Positions 36,015 through 50,550 of a stretch of DNA of 64,000 bases are shown here, piece after piece. Source of the DNA: Eledone cirrhosa (lineage: Eukaryota). Position 1 is the stretch's first letter; each line of letters starts with the position of its first letter. The notes under the pieces are model-generated. The model searched no databases, was not told the origin of the DNA, and was given only the letters and a program-made list of their open reading frames with translations. Location of the stretch: contig OZ024754.1 of assembly GCA_964016885.1 (NCBI GenBank), forward strand, positions 12,462,001 to 12,526,000, written 5' to 3'. The position numbers and the translations under genes were made by a program.

Positions 36015-38745
36015 CACCACTAGTACTAACACCACTAGTACTAACAACACCACTAGTACTAACAACACCACTAGTACTAACACCACTAGTACTAACAACA
36101 CCACTAGTACTAACAACACCACTAGTACTAACAACACCACTAGTACTAACACCACTAGTACTAACAACACCACTAGTACTAACAACACCACTAGTACTAA
36201 CAACACCACTAGTACTAACACCACTAGTACTAACAACACCACTAGTACTAACAACACCACTAGTACTAACAACACCACTAGTACTAACACCACTAGTACT
36301 AACAACACCACTAGTACTAACAACACCACTAGTACTAACACCACTAGTACTAATGACACCACTAGTACTAACAACACCACTAGTACTAACAACACCACTA
36401 GTACTAACAACACCACTAGTACTAACAACACCACTAGTACTAACAACACCACTAGTACTAACACCACTAGTACTAACAACACCACTAATACTAACAACAC
36501 CACTAGTACTAACACCACTAGTACTAACAACACCACTAGTACTAACACCACTAGTACTAACACCACTAGTACTAACAACACCACTAGTACTAACAACACC
36601 ACTAGTACTAACACCACTAGTACTAACAACACCACTAGTACTAACACCACTAGTACTAACAACACCACTAGTACTAACACCACTAGTACTAACAACACCA
36701 CTAGTACTAACAACACCACTAGTACTAACAACACCACTAGTACTAACAACACCACTAGTACTAACAACACCACTAGTACTAACAACACCACTAGTACTAA
36801 CACCACTAGTACTAACAACACCACTAGTACTAACAACACCACTAGTACTAACAACACCACTAGTACTAACACCACTAGTACTAACACCACTAGTACTAAC
36901 AACACCACTAGTACTAACAACACCACTAGTACTAACAACACCACTAGTACTAACACCACTAGTACTAACAACACCACTAGTACTAACACCACTAGTACTA
37001 ACACCACTAGTACTAACAACACCACTAGTACTAACACCACTAGTACTAACACCACTAGTACTAACAACACCACTAGTACTAATGACACCACTAGTACTAA
37101 CAACACCACTAGTACTAACAACACCACTAGTACTAACGACACCACTAGTACTAACAACACCACTAGTACTAACAACACCACTAGTACTAACACCACTAGT
37201 ACTAACAACACCACTAGTACTAACAACACCACTAGTACTAACACCACTAGTACTAACAACACCACTAGTACTAACAACACCACTAGTACTAACAACACCA
37301 CTAGTACTAACAACACCACTAGTACTAACAACACCACTAGTACTAACAACACCACTAGTACTAACAACACCACTAGTACTAACGACACCACTAGTACTAA
37401 GAACACCACTAGTACTAACAACACCACTAGTACTAACAACACCACTAGTACTAACAACACCACTAGTACTAACAACACCACTAGTACTAACAACACCACT
37501 AGTACTAACAACACCACTAGTACTAACACCACCACTAGTACTAACACCACTAGTACTAACAACACCACTAGTACTAACAACACCACTAGTACTAACAACA
37601 CCACTAGTACTAACACCACTAGTACTAACAACATCACTAGTACTAACAACACCACTAGTACTAACAACACCACTAGTACTAATGACACCACTAGTACTAA
37701 CAACACCACTAGTACTAACAACACCACTAGTACTAACAACACCACTAGTACTAACAACACCACTAGTACTAATGACACCACTAGTACTAATGACACCACT
37801 AGTACTAACAACACCACTAGTACTAATGACACCACTAGTACTAACAACACCACTAGTACTAACAACACCACTAGTACTAACAACACCACTAGTACTAACA
37901 ACACCACTAGTACTAACAACACCACTAGTACTAATGACACCACTAGTACTAACACCACTAGTACTAACAACACCACTAGTACTAACAACACCACTAGTAC
38001 TAACAACACCACTAGTACTAACAACACCACTAGTACTAACAACACCACTAGTACTAATGACACCACTAGTACTAACACCACTAGTACTAACAACACCACT
38101 AGTACTAACAACACCACTAGTACTAACAACACCACTAGTACTAACAACACCACTAGTACTAACAACACCACTAGTACTAACACCACTAGTACTAACAACA
38201 CCACTAGTACTAACAACACCACTAGTACTAACAACACCACTAGTACTAACACCACTAGTACTAACAACATCACTAGTACTAACAACACCACTAGTACTAA
38301 CAACACCACTAGTACTAACAACACCACTAGTACTAACAACACCACTAGTACTAACAACACCACTAGTACTAACAACACCACTAGTACTAACACCACTAGT
38401 ACTAACAACACCACTAGTACTAACAACACTAGTACTAACAACACCACTAGTACTAACACCACTAGTACTAACAACATCACTAGTACTAACAACACCACTA
38501 GTACTAACAACACCACTAGTACTAACAACACCACTAATACTAACTAACTAGTACTAACAACACCACTAGTACTAACAACACCACTAGTACTAACAACACC
38601 ACTAGTACTAACAACACCACTAGTACTAACAACACCACTAGTACTAACAACACCACTAGTACTAACAACACCACTAGTACTAACAACACCACTAGTACTA
38701 ACAACACCACTAGTACTAACAACATCACTAGTACTAACAACACCA
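36015..38745. repeat. 18/15-bp minisatellite, about 2.7 kb
   Basis: Unit accactagtactaac(aac), containing the palindrome TAGTACTA. Confidence 0.95.
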
Positions 38746-40290
38746 CCATCACAACCTCAACTAACACAACTATCACCAACACCACCACCTGAAACACTAC
38801 TACCATCACCATCACCATACCCTCTACAACTATCACCAACACCACCACCACCATCACCATACCCAGCACCACTATCACCACCACCACCACCATCACCATA
38901 CCCACTACAACTATCACCACCACCACCATCACCATACCCACTACAACTATCACCACCACCACCACCATCACCATACCCACTACAACTATCACCACCACCA
39001 CCACCATCACCATACCCACTACAACTATCACCACCACCACCACCATCACCATACCCACTACAACTATCACCACCACCACCACCATCACCATACCCACTAC
39101 AACTATCACCACCACCACCACCACCACCATCACCATACCCACTACAACTATCACCACCACCACCACCATCACAACCTCAACCACTACTACCATCACCACC
39201 ACCACCACCACATTCTTCTGCTAACATCATCTCCTCACAACCACCATCACAACCACCACCACCACCACCACAATCACCACTACCGCCACCACAATCATCA
39301 CCATCACCATCACTGCCACCATTACCACTACCATCAATGCTATTAACACCCTCTCCCCACCATCACCACCGCTACCACCACCACCGCTACCACCACTATC
39401 ACCACCACCATCACAACCAGCACCAACATCACCACCATCACAATCACACACCAAATCACAACCACAATCACCATCCCTACTATCACTGCTTCCACTACCA
39501 CTACCACTACCACTACCATCAATACCATTAACATCCTCTTCCAACCACCAACACCACCATCACAACCACCACCACCACCATCACCACCATCACCACTACC
39601 ACCACTACCACCACCACTACCACCACTACCTTCACCACCACTACCCCTACCACCATCACAACCACCACCATCACCACTACCATCACTACCACCAACATCA
39701 CCACCAATCAATACCACCACCATCACAACCAATACAATCACCAACACCACTACCACTACCACCACCACCACCACTATCAACATCACCATTTCCACCATCA
39801 CCACAGCCAACACCATCACCACCAACACCACCATCATCACAACCAACACCACCACCACCACCACCACCAACATCACCACCATCCAATACCACCACCACCA
39901 CCACCATCACAACCAACACCACCACCAACACCATCACCACTAACACCACTACCCATCACCATCAACACCACTACAACCACCACCATCAACACCACCATCA
40001 CAACCACCACCATCACCAACACAACCACCATCTCCACCACCACCAACACCAACACCACTACCATCACCATCACACCCACTACAACCACCACCATCAACAC
40101 CACCATCACAACCACCACCATCAACACCACATCACAACCACCACTATCACCAACACAACCACCATCTCCACCACCACCATCACCAACACAACCACCATCT
40201 CCACCACCACCACCACCATCACCAACACAACCACCATCTTCCACCACTACCACCACCAACACCAAACACCACTACCATCACCACTACAAC
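38746..40290. repeat. (CAC/CAT)-rich low-complexity tract including a 33-36-bp unit
   Basis: accatcaccatacccactacaactatcaccacc repeats, then degenerate CAC. Confidence 0.85.
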
Positions 40291-40763
40291 CCCCCCCCCC
40301 CTTTTTCCTATATTCAGCTGAACCCATACTGGGTTGTTATATTGTGTTGACTATAATATGTGTTAGGTACATATCTCAGAGATAATTAATGTAACTATAT
40401 TTATCATACTTATAAAAATTCAAGCTGAAAACAGTTTTGCCAGGATGTCATTTTATTTCAAAGATTTCCAATAATAAATGAGAACTTTTCACATGTCTTC
40501 TATGTCTTTTACTAATTTTCTGTTTGTTACTTTTTTGTTTTGTGTTAAGATCTTTGTGGCTTTGTTCCAAAATGTTATTCAGGCATAATGCTTTCTTCTT
40601 GATAGCTCCCCATTCCTTGCTGTCCGAGTTTGGCACCAGCACTTCACCATTTCTTACTTAGGGCTAAAGACTATGTATGTATGTGTGTATGCATGTATGT
40701 ATGCATGTAGGTGTGTATGTATATATTTATGTATGTATGTATACAGGTCTATACATAGATGCA

Positions 40764-40801
<38 letters not shown>

Positions 40802-40988
40802 GATAAATCTACCAAGAGTTTACGGTAGTGTCCAATCCGTATGAAGAACTCAATGTATTCCGGATATCATGGAAAGAAGAGATGTAATGAAAATCCAATT
40901 TCGGTGAAAGATAAACGGTATACAGAGTCAAGATAAAATATTAAACAAATAATGAACAAACAATTCCTTATATTAAACAAAAAAAGTT

Positions 40989-41137
40989 CACTATTTAACG
41001 ATCGTTTCTAGGGTATATATGTGCTATAATTGGTATGCATATTTAACAGATCTATGTACAAAATTATACAAAATTATACAAATTATCAAGATTAAATATA
41101 CATACCTAACACATATATACGCCGTCTTCAGAAATAA
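40989..41137 (-). ncRNA. Hammerhead ribozyme with long stem II (left arm)
   Basis: Minus strand: ttattt CTGAAGA [116 nt] GAAA CGATCG TT aaatag. Confidence 0.72.
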
Positions 41138-41138
41138 T

Positions 41139-41289
41139 CGTTATTTCTGAAGACGGCGTATATATGTGTTAGGTATGTATATTTAATCTTGATAATTTGT
41201 ATAATTTTGTATAATTTTGTACATAGATCTGTTAAATATGCATACCAATTATAGCACATATATACCCTAGAAACGATCGTTAAATAGTG
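41139..41289 (+). ncRNA. Hammerhead ribozyme with 116-nt stem II (right arm)
   Basis: cgttattt CTGAAGA(41147-41153) ... GAAA(41270-41273) CGATCG TT aaatagtg. Confidence 0.76.
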
Positions 41290-41336
41290 AACTTTTTTTG
41301 TTTAATATAAGGAATTGTTTGTTCATTATTTGTTTA

Positions 41337-41375
<39 letters not shown>

Positions 41376-42324
41376 CTGTAATTCCTACTGAGTGTCATAG
41401 GGACATCATAGTCACATGAAGTGTCTTGGGCATTTCAAAGCTGGCACAACCCATTCTCTCTCCACTTCTGAACATAACGAATTTGTATTTGTTCCATAGA
41501 AGGAGAGAAAATGATAGAGAGGAAATGAAAAAGAGATATAGGGAGAGAAGCAACCTCAATACACGATTGATACATTTTTATTGACCTTCAAATGATGAAA
41601 GGCAAAGTTTATTTCGACTCAAATACCAGAAAGAATTCTGTCTAGTGTTCTAACATCCTTGCTTTCTCTCTGTCAATGGTGAAAGGAATTTTCAGAAAAA
41701 AAAAACTGATAGGTGAAAACTGAGACTGTTTGACATTCATGGCTTTCTGTAGAGGCCATTAGATATTTTAAATGCTGGGATAAAGGTCCAGTTAGTAAGT
41801 GAAACCTAGGTTCATATCTTCCTTAGTCCCTTGAACATTAACTGTTGAATTATCAACCATGATGTAATATCCACAATATAAATTTATAAACAAATTATAT
41901 AGTTAGCTCATGACTAATTTGATGCCTTATTTCTTATAACCTATGGCCCATATCATCATCATCATCATTTAGCATCTGCTTCTCCTGCTAGCAAGGGTTG
42001 GATGGGTCGTCAGTAGATCAGGTTGATACTCAAAGCAGAGGGACTGATCTCACAGTAAGATAGGAGTTTGCTTCTCACTTACATACATTTCAACACCCTA
42101 CTAACTAAGGTTTCTGTGTTTATGGCAATTATGTCTATGTGTTTACATGAATTTTTTCCAATGTTTGAGGATGTAACTTGTCAAAACTAGACTAGGTAAG
42201 GTGAGTGAACAGGGTGATAAAATATGGTAACACTAGCTAAATGACATGAAACCAAGTGATAAAGATGATGCAATTAATATTGTTGGGGCAGATGATAATG
42301 CAAAGAACTTCAATTTAAAAATAT

Positions 42325-43155
42325 AAGCCACCAGTTTAGAATCATGAGACACCAATTTAGAATTTTGAGCCACCAATTTAGAATATTGAGCAACCAATTT
42401 AGAACTATGAGCCACCAATTTAGAACTATGAGCCACCAATTTAGAACTATGAGCCACCAATTTAGAATTTTGAGCCACCAAATTAGAATTATGAGCCACC
42501 AATTTAGAATCATGAGCCACCAATTTAGAATCATGAGCCACCAATTTATAATATTGAGCCACCAATTTCGAATTATGAGCCACCAATTTAGAATTATGAG
42601 CCACCAATTTAGAACTATGAGCCACCAATTTAAAATTTTGAGCCACCAATTTAGAATTATTGGCCACCAATTTAGAACTATGAGACACCAATTTAGAATT
42701 TTGAGCCACCAATTTAGAATTTTGAGCCACCAATTTAGAATCATGAGCCACCAATTTAGAATTTTGAGCCACCAATTTAGAATCACGAGCCACCAATTTA
42801 GAATAATGAGCCATCAATTTAGAATTTTGAGCCACCAATTTAAAATTACGAGCCACCAATTTAGAATTTTGAGCCACCAATAATAGAATTTTGAGCCACC
42901 AATTTAAAACTATGAGCCACCAATTTAGGATTTTGAGCCACCAATTTAGAACTATGAGCCACCAATTTAGAATCATGAGCCACCAATAATAGAATTTTGA
43001 GCCACCAATTTAAAACTATGAGCCACTAATTTAGAATTTTGAGCCACCAATTTAGAACTATGAGCCACCAATATAGAATCATGAGCCACCAATTTAGAAT
43101 TTTGAGCCACCAATTTAGAATTTTGAGTCATCAATTTAAAATTAGAGCCACCAAT
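42325..43155. repeat. 21-bp minisatellite, about 39 copies
   Basis: Unit gagccaccaatttagaa(ttt/cta/tca)t. Confidence 0.93.
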
Positions 43156-43259
43156 TCATATACAGTAATCTTATCTTTTAACTGCACTCCCCCCCCCACC
43201 ATCATCATCAATATTCCTATCAACTTAAAAAATCTCAATGTCTTCCTTGTAATCATTGT

Positions 43260-44372
43260 CATTGCCATCACCACCACCACCACTATCACCACCACTACCA
43301 CCACCACCATCACCACTATCACCACCACTACCACCACCACCATCACCACTATCACCACCACTACCACCACCACCATCACCACTATCACCACCATCATCAC
43401 CACTACCATCACTGCCATCATCACCACTATCACTACCGCCATCACCACTACCATCACCACCACTACCACCACCACCATCACCACTATCACCACCATCATC
43501 ACCACTACCATCACTGCCATCATCACCACTACCATCACCACCATCATCACTATCATCACCACTACCATCATCACCACTATCACCACCACTACCACCACCA
43601 CCATCACCACTATCACCACTATCACTACCACTACCATCACTACCATCACCACCATCATCACCACTACCATCACTACTACCACTACCACCACCATCACTAT
43701 CACTACCACTATCACTACTACCACTAACATCACTACCATCACCACTATTATCACTACCACTATCACTACTACCACTAACATCACTACCACCACCACTATC
43801 ATCACTACCACCATCACTATTATCACTACCACTATCACTACTACCACTATCATCACTACCACCACCACCACTATCACTACCACTACTACTACCACCACTA
43901 TCACTAACATCATTAACAGCACCATTGTTACCTCACTCAAACATCTGTCAGTCATTCATCATCATCATCTCCATCACCACCACAACCACTAATGTCAACA
44001 CCACCGCTGTTATCACCACCATCTCTACCATCACCACCGCGTCTACCACCACCACCCACCACCATCATCTCAACCACCACCACCCACCACAAACCATCTC
44101 CACCATCACCACCACCACATCTACCGCCACCACCATCACCACCATCACCACTGCTATCATCACTACTATCACCACCACCACCACCACCCACCACCATCAT
44201 CTCAACCACCCACCACCACCCACCACAAACCATCACCACCATCACCACCACCACATCTACCGCCACCACCATCACCACCACCACATCTACCGCCACCACC
44301 ATCACCACCATCACCATTGCTATCATCACTACTATCACCACCACCACCACCACCACCACCACCACCACCACC
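43260..44372. repeat. (CAC/CAT/TAC)n trinucleotide tract
   Basis: Degenerate trinucleotide runs. Confidence 0.85.
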
Positions 44373-47139
44373 ATTTCCTTGTTCTATTTTCTTCCAGAAG
44401 AATTCTTCACAAGAACAATACAACAACAACTAAAATCCACCACAAACAAAACAATAAGTAAGACAGCCAGCAAGAGAAAAGCTCTATTATTTGATCATCT
44501 GTTGTTTTCCGGTGCATTTATTGCATCAATCTGTAATCAAGGCAGTGTGACTAATTAAAGGGAAAACCCAGTTAGAATTTTCATTAAAACCAAGGTCTTT
44601 TATTAGACTTAATTATCACATCTTATTAACTGTTTCTCTTCTGGTGAAAATCTCTCCTAAACCAAGAATTCTTTTTCCTTTTTATAGATTACCAAAATGC
44701 TGAAATACCACAAATATACTGAAAGTCAATCAGAAGTTATATTTTCTTCTTGTTTTATTAATTATTATTGTTATTATTATTATTATTATCATTATTTTTG
44801 TTATTATTATTATTATTGTTATTATTATTATTCATTTAATATCAATTCTTATGGTTTGTTATTATTATTATTGTAGAGTGTCGGATGCCATGCTTTGGTG
44901 CATAGAGTTACGGCCCTTGCCATTCTGAGTTCAAATCCCGCCGAGGTTAACTTTGCCTTTCATCCTTACGGGGGGGGGGGGTCGATAAAATAAAGTACCA
45001 GTAATGTACTGAGTAATTGGCGGCCTTGTGCCAAATGTAGAAACAATTATTATTATTATGGTGGATTGGCAGTATCGGTAGAGGGTCGGACGCCATGCTT
45101 TGTAGCAAAGAGTTACGGCCCTTTATGGTCTGAGTTCAAATCCCACCGAGGTTAATTTTGCCTTTCATTCTTACAGGGTCGATAAAATAAAGTACCAGTA
45201 ATACACTGATATAATAATTGCTGGCCTTATGCCAAAAGTAGAAAAAATTATTATTATTATTAATGTCGGCCCTCGTGGCCAATAAATGAAATCATCATCA
45301 TCATCATCATCATCATTATCATCATCATCATTACCATCATCATCATCATCATCATTTCCTATCAATTCTTATGGTTTATTTTCTCATCAGTTTTATTATT
45401 CTGTGATTCTGTTTAATTCTATTGTTTTAGTGTTTTACATATCTTTATGTCTTGTTTTTTTTTTTTTTTTTTTTTTTTTTTGTTTCTTGTTATTTTTAAT
45501 TCTTTTGGGGTTTTTTTCCGTTTATGTTTTTCTTTTCAGTTTTTTTTTTATTTCCATGTTAGAATTGTTGAATTAGCAGATGGCAAAGTGAGTGTGTAGA
45601 TTGTCTTATGACAGCTGGAGGTGGTGGTGGTGGTGGTGGTGGTGGTGGTGAGAGAGGGTGGTGGTGGTGGTGAGAGGGAGGGTGGTGGTGGTGGTGGTGA
45701 GAGGGGCTGGTGGTGGTGAGAGGTGGTGATGGTGGTGAGAGAGGGTGGTTGGGATGGTGAGAGGGTGGTGGTGGTGGTGAGTGGGGGTGGTGAGAGGTGG
45801 GGTGGGGGGGAATGGTGAGAGGGGATGGTGGTGAGAGGGTGGTGGTGAGAGGGTGGTGATGGTGTGAATGGTGAGGGGGGAGTGGTGAGAAGGAGGTGGA
45901 GGTGAGTGGTGAGAGGGGGTGGTGTGAGTGGTGAGAGGGTGGTGGTGTGAGTGGTGAGAGGGGGGTGGTGTGAATGATGCAAAGGAGGTGGTGGGAGTGG
46001 TGGGAATGGTGAGAGAGTGGTGGTGGGAATGATGAGAAGTGGTGGGAGTGGTGAGAGGGTGGTGGTGGGAATGATGAGAAGGAGGTGGTGGGAGTGGTGA
46101 GAGAGTGGTGGTGGGAGTGGTGGGAGTGGTGAGAGAGCGGTGGTGGGAGTGGTGAGAGGGTGGTGAAGGGAGTGGTGAGAAGGAAGTGGTGGGAGTGGTG
46201 AGAGAGCAGTGGTGGGAGTGGTGAGAAGGAGGCGGTGGTAGTGTGGTGCTATCTTGTCAACATTGCACTCTGTTCCTCATCAATTGTCAGAAGCATTAGA
46301 GCGTAGGACTAAGTGCCTTGCAGTATTTATTCGGCTCCTTGCATTCCGAATTCAAATCCCATCAAAACCAACATTACCTTTCATCTTTCCAAAGAAGGCT
46401 AATGAAGTATCAGTTGTGGGTGGGGTGGGGGTGAGGTGGAGGTGGGGGAGTTGATCAGCAGAGTCGCTAAAATATGAAATAGAGTACCTTGTGGTATTTG
46501 TTCGGGGTCAGTGTGTTCTCAGTTCAAATCCTATCATGGCCCACCAAGGTGAAACACTTAATTGGCCACTCAGTTTAACCCTTTAGCATTTACATTACTC
46601 TAATATATTATTATAGAGGTTGACTTTGCCTTTCATCCTTACGGGGTCGATAAAATAAAGTACCAGTAATGCACTGGGTAATTGCTGGCCCTGTGCCTAA
46701 AGTAGAAACAATTATTATATTTTCACAGTAATGTCTTTACCTCATATAATTGTCTCACATATTATCGAATCTATGAGATTTTGTTCCCGCTGAGGTTAAC
46801 TTTACCTTTCATCCTTACGGGGGTCGATAAAATAGAGTACCAGTAATGTACTGGGTAATTGCTGGCCTTGTGCCAAAAGCAGAAACAATTATTTATTTTG
46901 AGAGCAATACCTTAACATCTGTATGAGTGGCCGATTCTGGCCGGATATGGCTGGTTTAAATGCTAAAGTGTCAATCTTGAATGACTTTAAGAGAAACCTA
47001 CTCTGTTGCAAGCATTTGAGCCAGGTCTTCGCTTTGGAAATATAGTCCTCTCTTTGTTCCACTAATATTGGAGGCCTCTGGTAAAGCTCACAGATCTGCC
47101 TTTCTGTTGTAGTAAAACAATAAAAAAGAACACTGTGCA

Positions 47140-47395
47140 CTCTCAATAGTATTGTTTACCTGGTTCTATAGTTTACCTGGACACTACACAGAGATAGCTA
47201 TAGGTTCCCACTTTGAGCACTCTACTGAGCTCTCAATAGTATTGTTTACCTGGTTCTATAAAGATACTACACAGAGATAGCTATAGGTTCCTACTTTGAG
47301 CACTCTACTGAGCTCTCAATAGTATTGTTTGCCTGGTTCTATAGAGATACTACACAGAGATAGCTATAGGTTCCCACTTTGAGTACTTTACTTAG
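47140..47395. repeat. About 83-bp tandem repeat, 3 copies
   Basis: ctctcaatagtattgttt.cctggttctata...ctacacagagatagctataggttcc.actttgag at 47140, 47230 and 47313. Confidence 0.8.
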
Positions 47396-48015
47396 TTGCT
47401 TTATTCTGATGAGATTTCTAGCTTCAAGATAATCCATTACTTGTGTTATAGTCTTTTCTGTTCTACAATCTGTTTTGGCCACCTGACACGCATGCATGGT
47501 CCCGTAGCTCCTAATTAAGTTACAGGGGCACCATATTCACAAACGGCATTTCTAGGGCATATTCTAAACCTGGCAGAGCCAAGCCTCTCTAGGTCTGAAT
47601 ACAGCAGAAGGAGAGAAAGTGAGAGAGAGAGGAAGTGAGAAAGAGATATAGAGGAAGAATAGACCCCAGTATTAAACTAGTACTTTTTATCAACCTCAAA
47701 TGGATGAAAGGCAACGTTGACCTCGTTGGAATTTGAACTCAGAAAGCAGAGAACTGAAAAAAATACTCCAAAACATTTTATCCAATGTTCCAATGACTTG
47801 GACAATTTTCTGCCTGTTTTGGTCACCGTACAATAAAGTCATAATCACTGCCCTTCCTCCCCCGAATAGGCCCCATACCAACAAAATTGATAAATATTTG
47901 TTATTGCATATGCATGTGTGTGCGTATGTATGTATGTATGTATGTATGTATGTATGTATGTATGTATGTATGTATGTATGTATGTATGTATGTATGTATG
48001 CATGTATGCATGTAT

Positions 48016-48404
48016 GTTCCTTTGCCCTTTGACAGGTTTTGTTTTTATTCCTTCAGGATGTCCAAAGTCACCCTCTTCACCAAGAAACCTTGGTGGGGTT
48101 GCCAGTTTAGTCGCCAACGACCCGGGCGAGTCAATGCCCATCCAAAATCACCGGGAGAGATGACCCCTTAGCCTTTGTCAAGGCAGAATTCTAGGAGAAG
48201 GAAAACTCTGATATAACACCTGCAACCCTGATGGTATCCAATGATGTTGACTTGTTCTTCTTTTTGGTAAATATCATCTTGGTTAAGAGAGTGGGACTGG
48301 CTTTGTGCAGTGCCTTTGCTCACTATAAAAGCTTCACGGCACAGGCATTGCTTTATATCTGGAGATCTCTCTGCACTTCTCGTCACATGGTACCATGGGC
48401 CCAG
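48016..48404 (+). mobile_element. RTE-type 5' UTR fragment fused to a transposase relic
   Basis: Contains ctaggagaaggaaaactctga; 48135-48404 is near-identical to 50578-50849. Confidence 0.55.
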
Positions 48405-49367
48405 CACCTCAAGAACACCAAAACTCGTTAAAAGTGTGAGGGAAAAAATAAGGCGTAATCCAAGAAGGTCCATGAGAAAAATGGCAGAAGAAGCAGTACT
48501 ATGCGGAGGATATGTCGAGATGATCTGGGGATGTCACCCTATAAGTTCCAAAAGAGGCAGCTTCTTTCTGCAGTCACAATTGAAAAGAGGCTCTCCAGAA
48601 GTAAACTGTTATTGAACCGTATCAAGAATGGCACGCTGCAAAACATCAACTTTACAGATGAGAAGTTATTCACTGTGCAGCAGTCTTACAATCATCAAAA
48701 TGATGGAGTACTTGCAAAGTTTCAGATCAATTCCTTCAAGTGTAGGAAAAATGTTCAGAACACAGAAACCAGCATCAGTGATGGTTTGGGCAGCCATTTC
48801 TGAAAGAGGGAAGTCTCCTGTGATTTTTGTGCCTCAAGGAGTTAAAATTAACAAAGAACTTTACATAAAGGATATTTTGGAAGGAGCACTGATGCCATGG
48901 TGCACATCTGTTTATGGCGATGACATTTGGACTCTCCAACAAGATGGAGTGACGAGCCACACTGCTAGCGTAACACAACAGTGGTGTAGAGACCATTGTC
49001 TTGCATGGATCAGTAAGGAAGAGTGGCCTCCCACATCACCAGATCTCAACCCTCACGATTTTTCTTTATGGTCAATTCTTGAGAGTGAAGCCTGCTCTAC
49101 TCCTAGCCAGAATATTGAAACTCTAAAATCAAAACTGAATAAAGTATGGGAGAAAATACCCATGGAAACTGTTCTTGCAGCCATCAAAGACTTTCCTAGA
49201 AGACTTCGAGCGGTAGTGAGAGCTAGAGGAAAGCATTTCAAATAAATTTTTGTGCAGTTGTTTAATAGTATATTACTTAGTATTTGTTGAAGTCGGATCT
49301 TAAAATAAATGTTTTTTTCAAGAACTATTTGCATTTTATTTTGTAACAGTTTTTATGCCCCACCCTG
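48405..49367 (+). mobile_element. maT (DD37D) Tc1/mariner transposon, 5'-truncated and frameshifted
   Basis: FTDEKLF, VMVWAAI, QQD-(37 aa)-NPHD spacing, SPDLNP; right terminus gccccaccctg|TA. Confidence 0.88.
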
Positions 49368-49539
49368 TATATGTCTGTAGGTATATGTAGGTATATATGT
49401 ATATAGATACATATATATGTAGGTACATATATAGTTATATATGACTGTAGATATATATGTATGTAGGTATATATGTATTTAGGTGTATATATGTATGTAG
49501 GTATATATATCTGTAGTTATATATGTATGTAGATATATG

Positions 49540-49842
49540 TCTAAAGTCTAAAGTCTGTCTTAAGCCAGAAGGCTCATTTGGCCGGTGCTTATCCCGGTTT
49601 CATGGCGTGAAGCGACTGAGAGTACAAGATTCCCCCCCCCCCCCCCTGGAGAGGACGCCAGTCCCTCGCAGGGTTAAACCTCCAGCTATTGCTGGTACTC
49701 ATTTTCAGCTAAGTATATGGGAGCAATGCGAAATAAAGTGTCTTGCTTAAGGAAACAACACATCCCCCGGTCCGAGAATTGAACTCACAATCTTTCGATT
49801 GCAAGCCTAATGCTCCAACCACTAAGCCATGTGCCTTCACCG
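49540..49842 (-). mobile_element. tRNA-derived SINE with Meta-like core and a different tail
   Basis: Same head and core as other SINEs; tail cttcacgccatgaaaccgggataagc..atgagcc..(agacttt)n. Confidence 0.72.
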
Positions 49843-49950
49843 TAGGTATATGTATGTAGGTATATATGTATGTAGGTATATATATATCTGAAGGTATATA
49901 TATATGTAGGTATATATATATATGAAGGTATATATGTAGGTATATATATA

Positions 49951-50170
49951 GGTGAAGGCGTGTGGCTGAGTGGTTAGAGAATTGGATTCGCAATCGTAAG
50001 GTTGTGAGTTCGATTCCTGGACCAGGCGATGCGTTATGTCCTTGAGCAAGACACTTTATTTCACGTTGCTCCTTCTACCTGGAGTTGCGACCGATAGATA
50101 GTATTAGCAATTGGAAAGACCAACGGAAACATTGTTCCCTCGGTCCGATTTGACGAAAGTCGATCGTCCT
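49951..50170 (+). mobile_element. tRNA-derived SINE
   Basis: Same family as 6668-6888. Confidence 0.82.
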
Positions 50171-50291
50171 ATAAAAATATATATATGAAGGTATATATGT
50201 AGGTATATATATATGAAGGTATATATGTAGGTATATATATATATGAAGGTATATATGTAGGTATATATATATATGAAGGTATATATGTATG

Positions 50292-50478
50292 TTTGGGAGC
50301 CCCTACATGGACACACTAGAAGTGGAAGACCAAGGTTAACGTATGTTGATGCCCTAAGGACAGACACTGGTCTGTTGGAGACGCAGGACATGGCAGCGAT
50401 AATGAGGGACAGAGACCACTGGGGAGAACTCGTCCATGGATCTCGGGAATTTTACCCGCCTTAGATAGATAGATAGAT
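50292..50478 (+). mobile_element. RTE LINE 3' end (same family as 4911-6240)
   Basis: [16 protein letters not shown]...REFYPP* followed by a (TAGA)n tail. Confidence 0.85.
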
Positions 50479-50550
50479 GTATGTAGGTACATATGTCGTT
50501 ATATATGTAGGTATATATGTATGTAGGTACATATGTATATATGTACCTAC

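Larger units (their letters stand above)
40799..41345. mobile_element. Fold-back double-hammerhead element in (TA)n, copy 2
   Basis: 205-bp arms 40933-41137 and 41141-41345 around a 3-nt loop (tcg); about 135-bp left tail as in copy 1. Confidence 0.9.

Noticed and set aside
35976-38551. About 850-aa Thr/Asn-rich mucin-like ORF
   Set aside because: It is a pure 15/18-bp minisatellite open in several frames and on both strands, with no synonymous-site pattern or convincing splice signals.
42233-43155. Heptad-repeat (coiled-coil-like) ORFs
   Set aside because: It is a 21-bp tandem repeat open in multiple frames on both strands; there is no evidence of splicing or a unique domain.
47405-47440. 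CTGATGAG as a hammerhead core (also 24342, 25781, and 45384 on the minus strand)
   Set aside because: No properly placed GAAA, stem III and UH, or no closing stem I; 25781 lies within LINE coding sequence.
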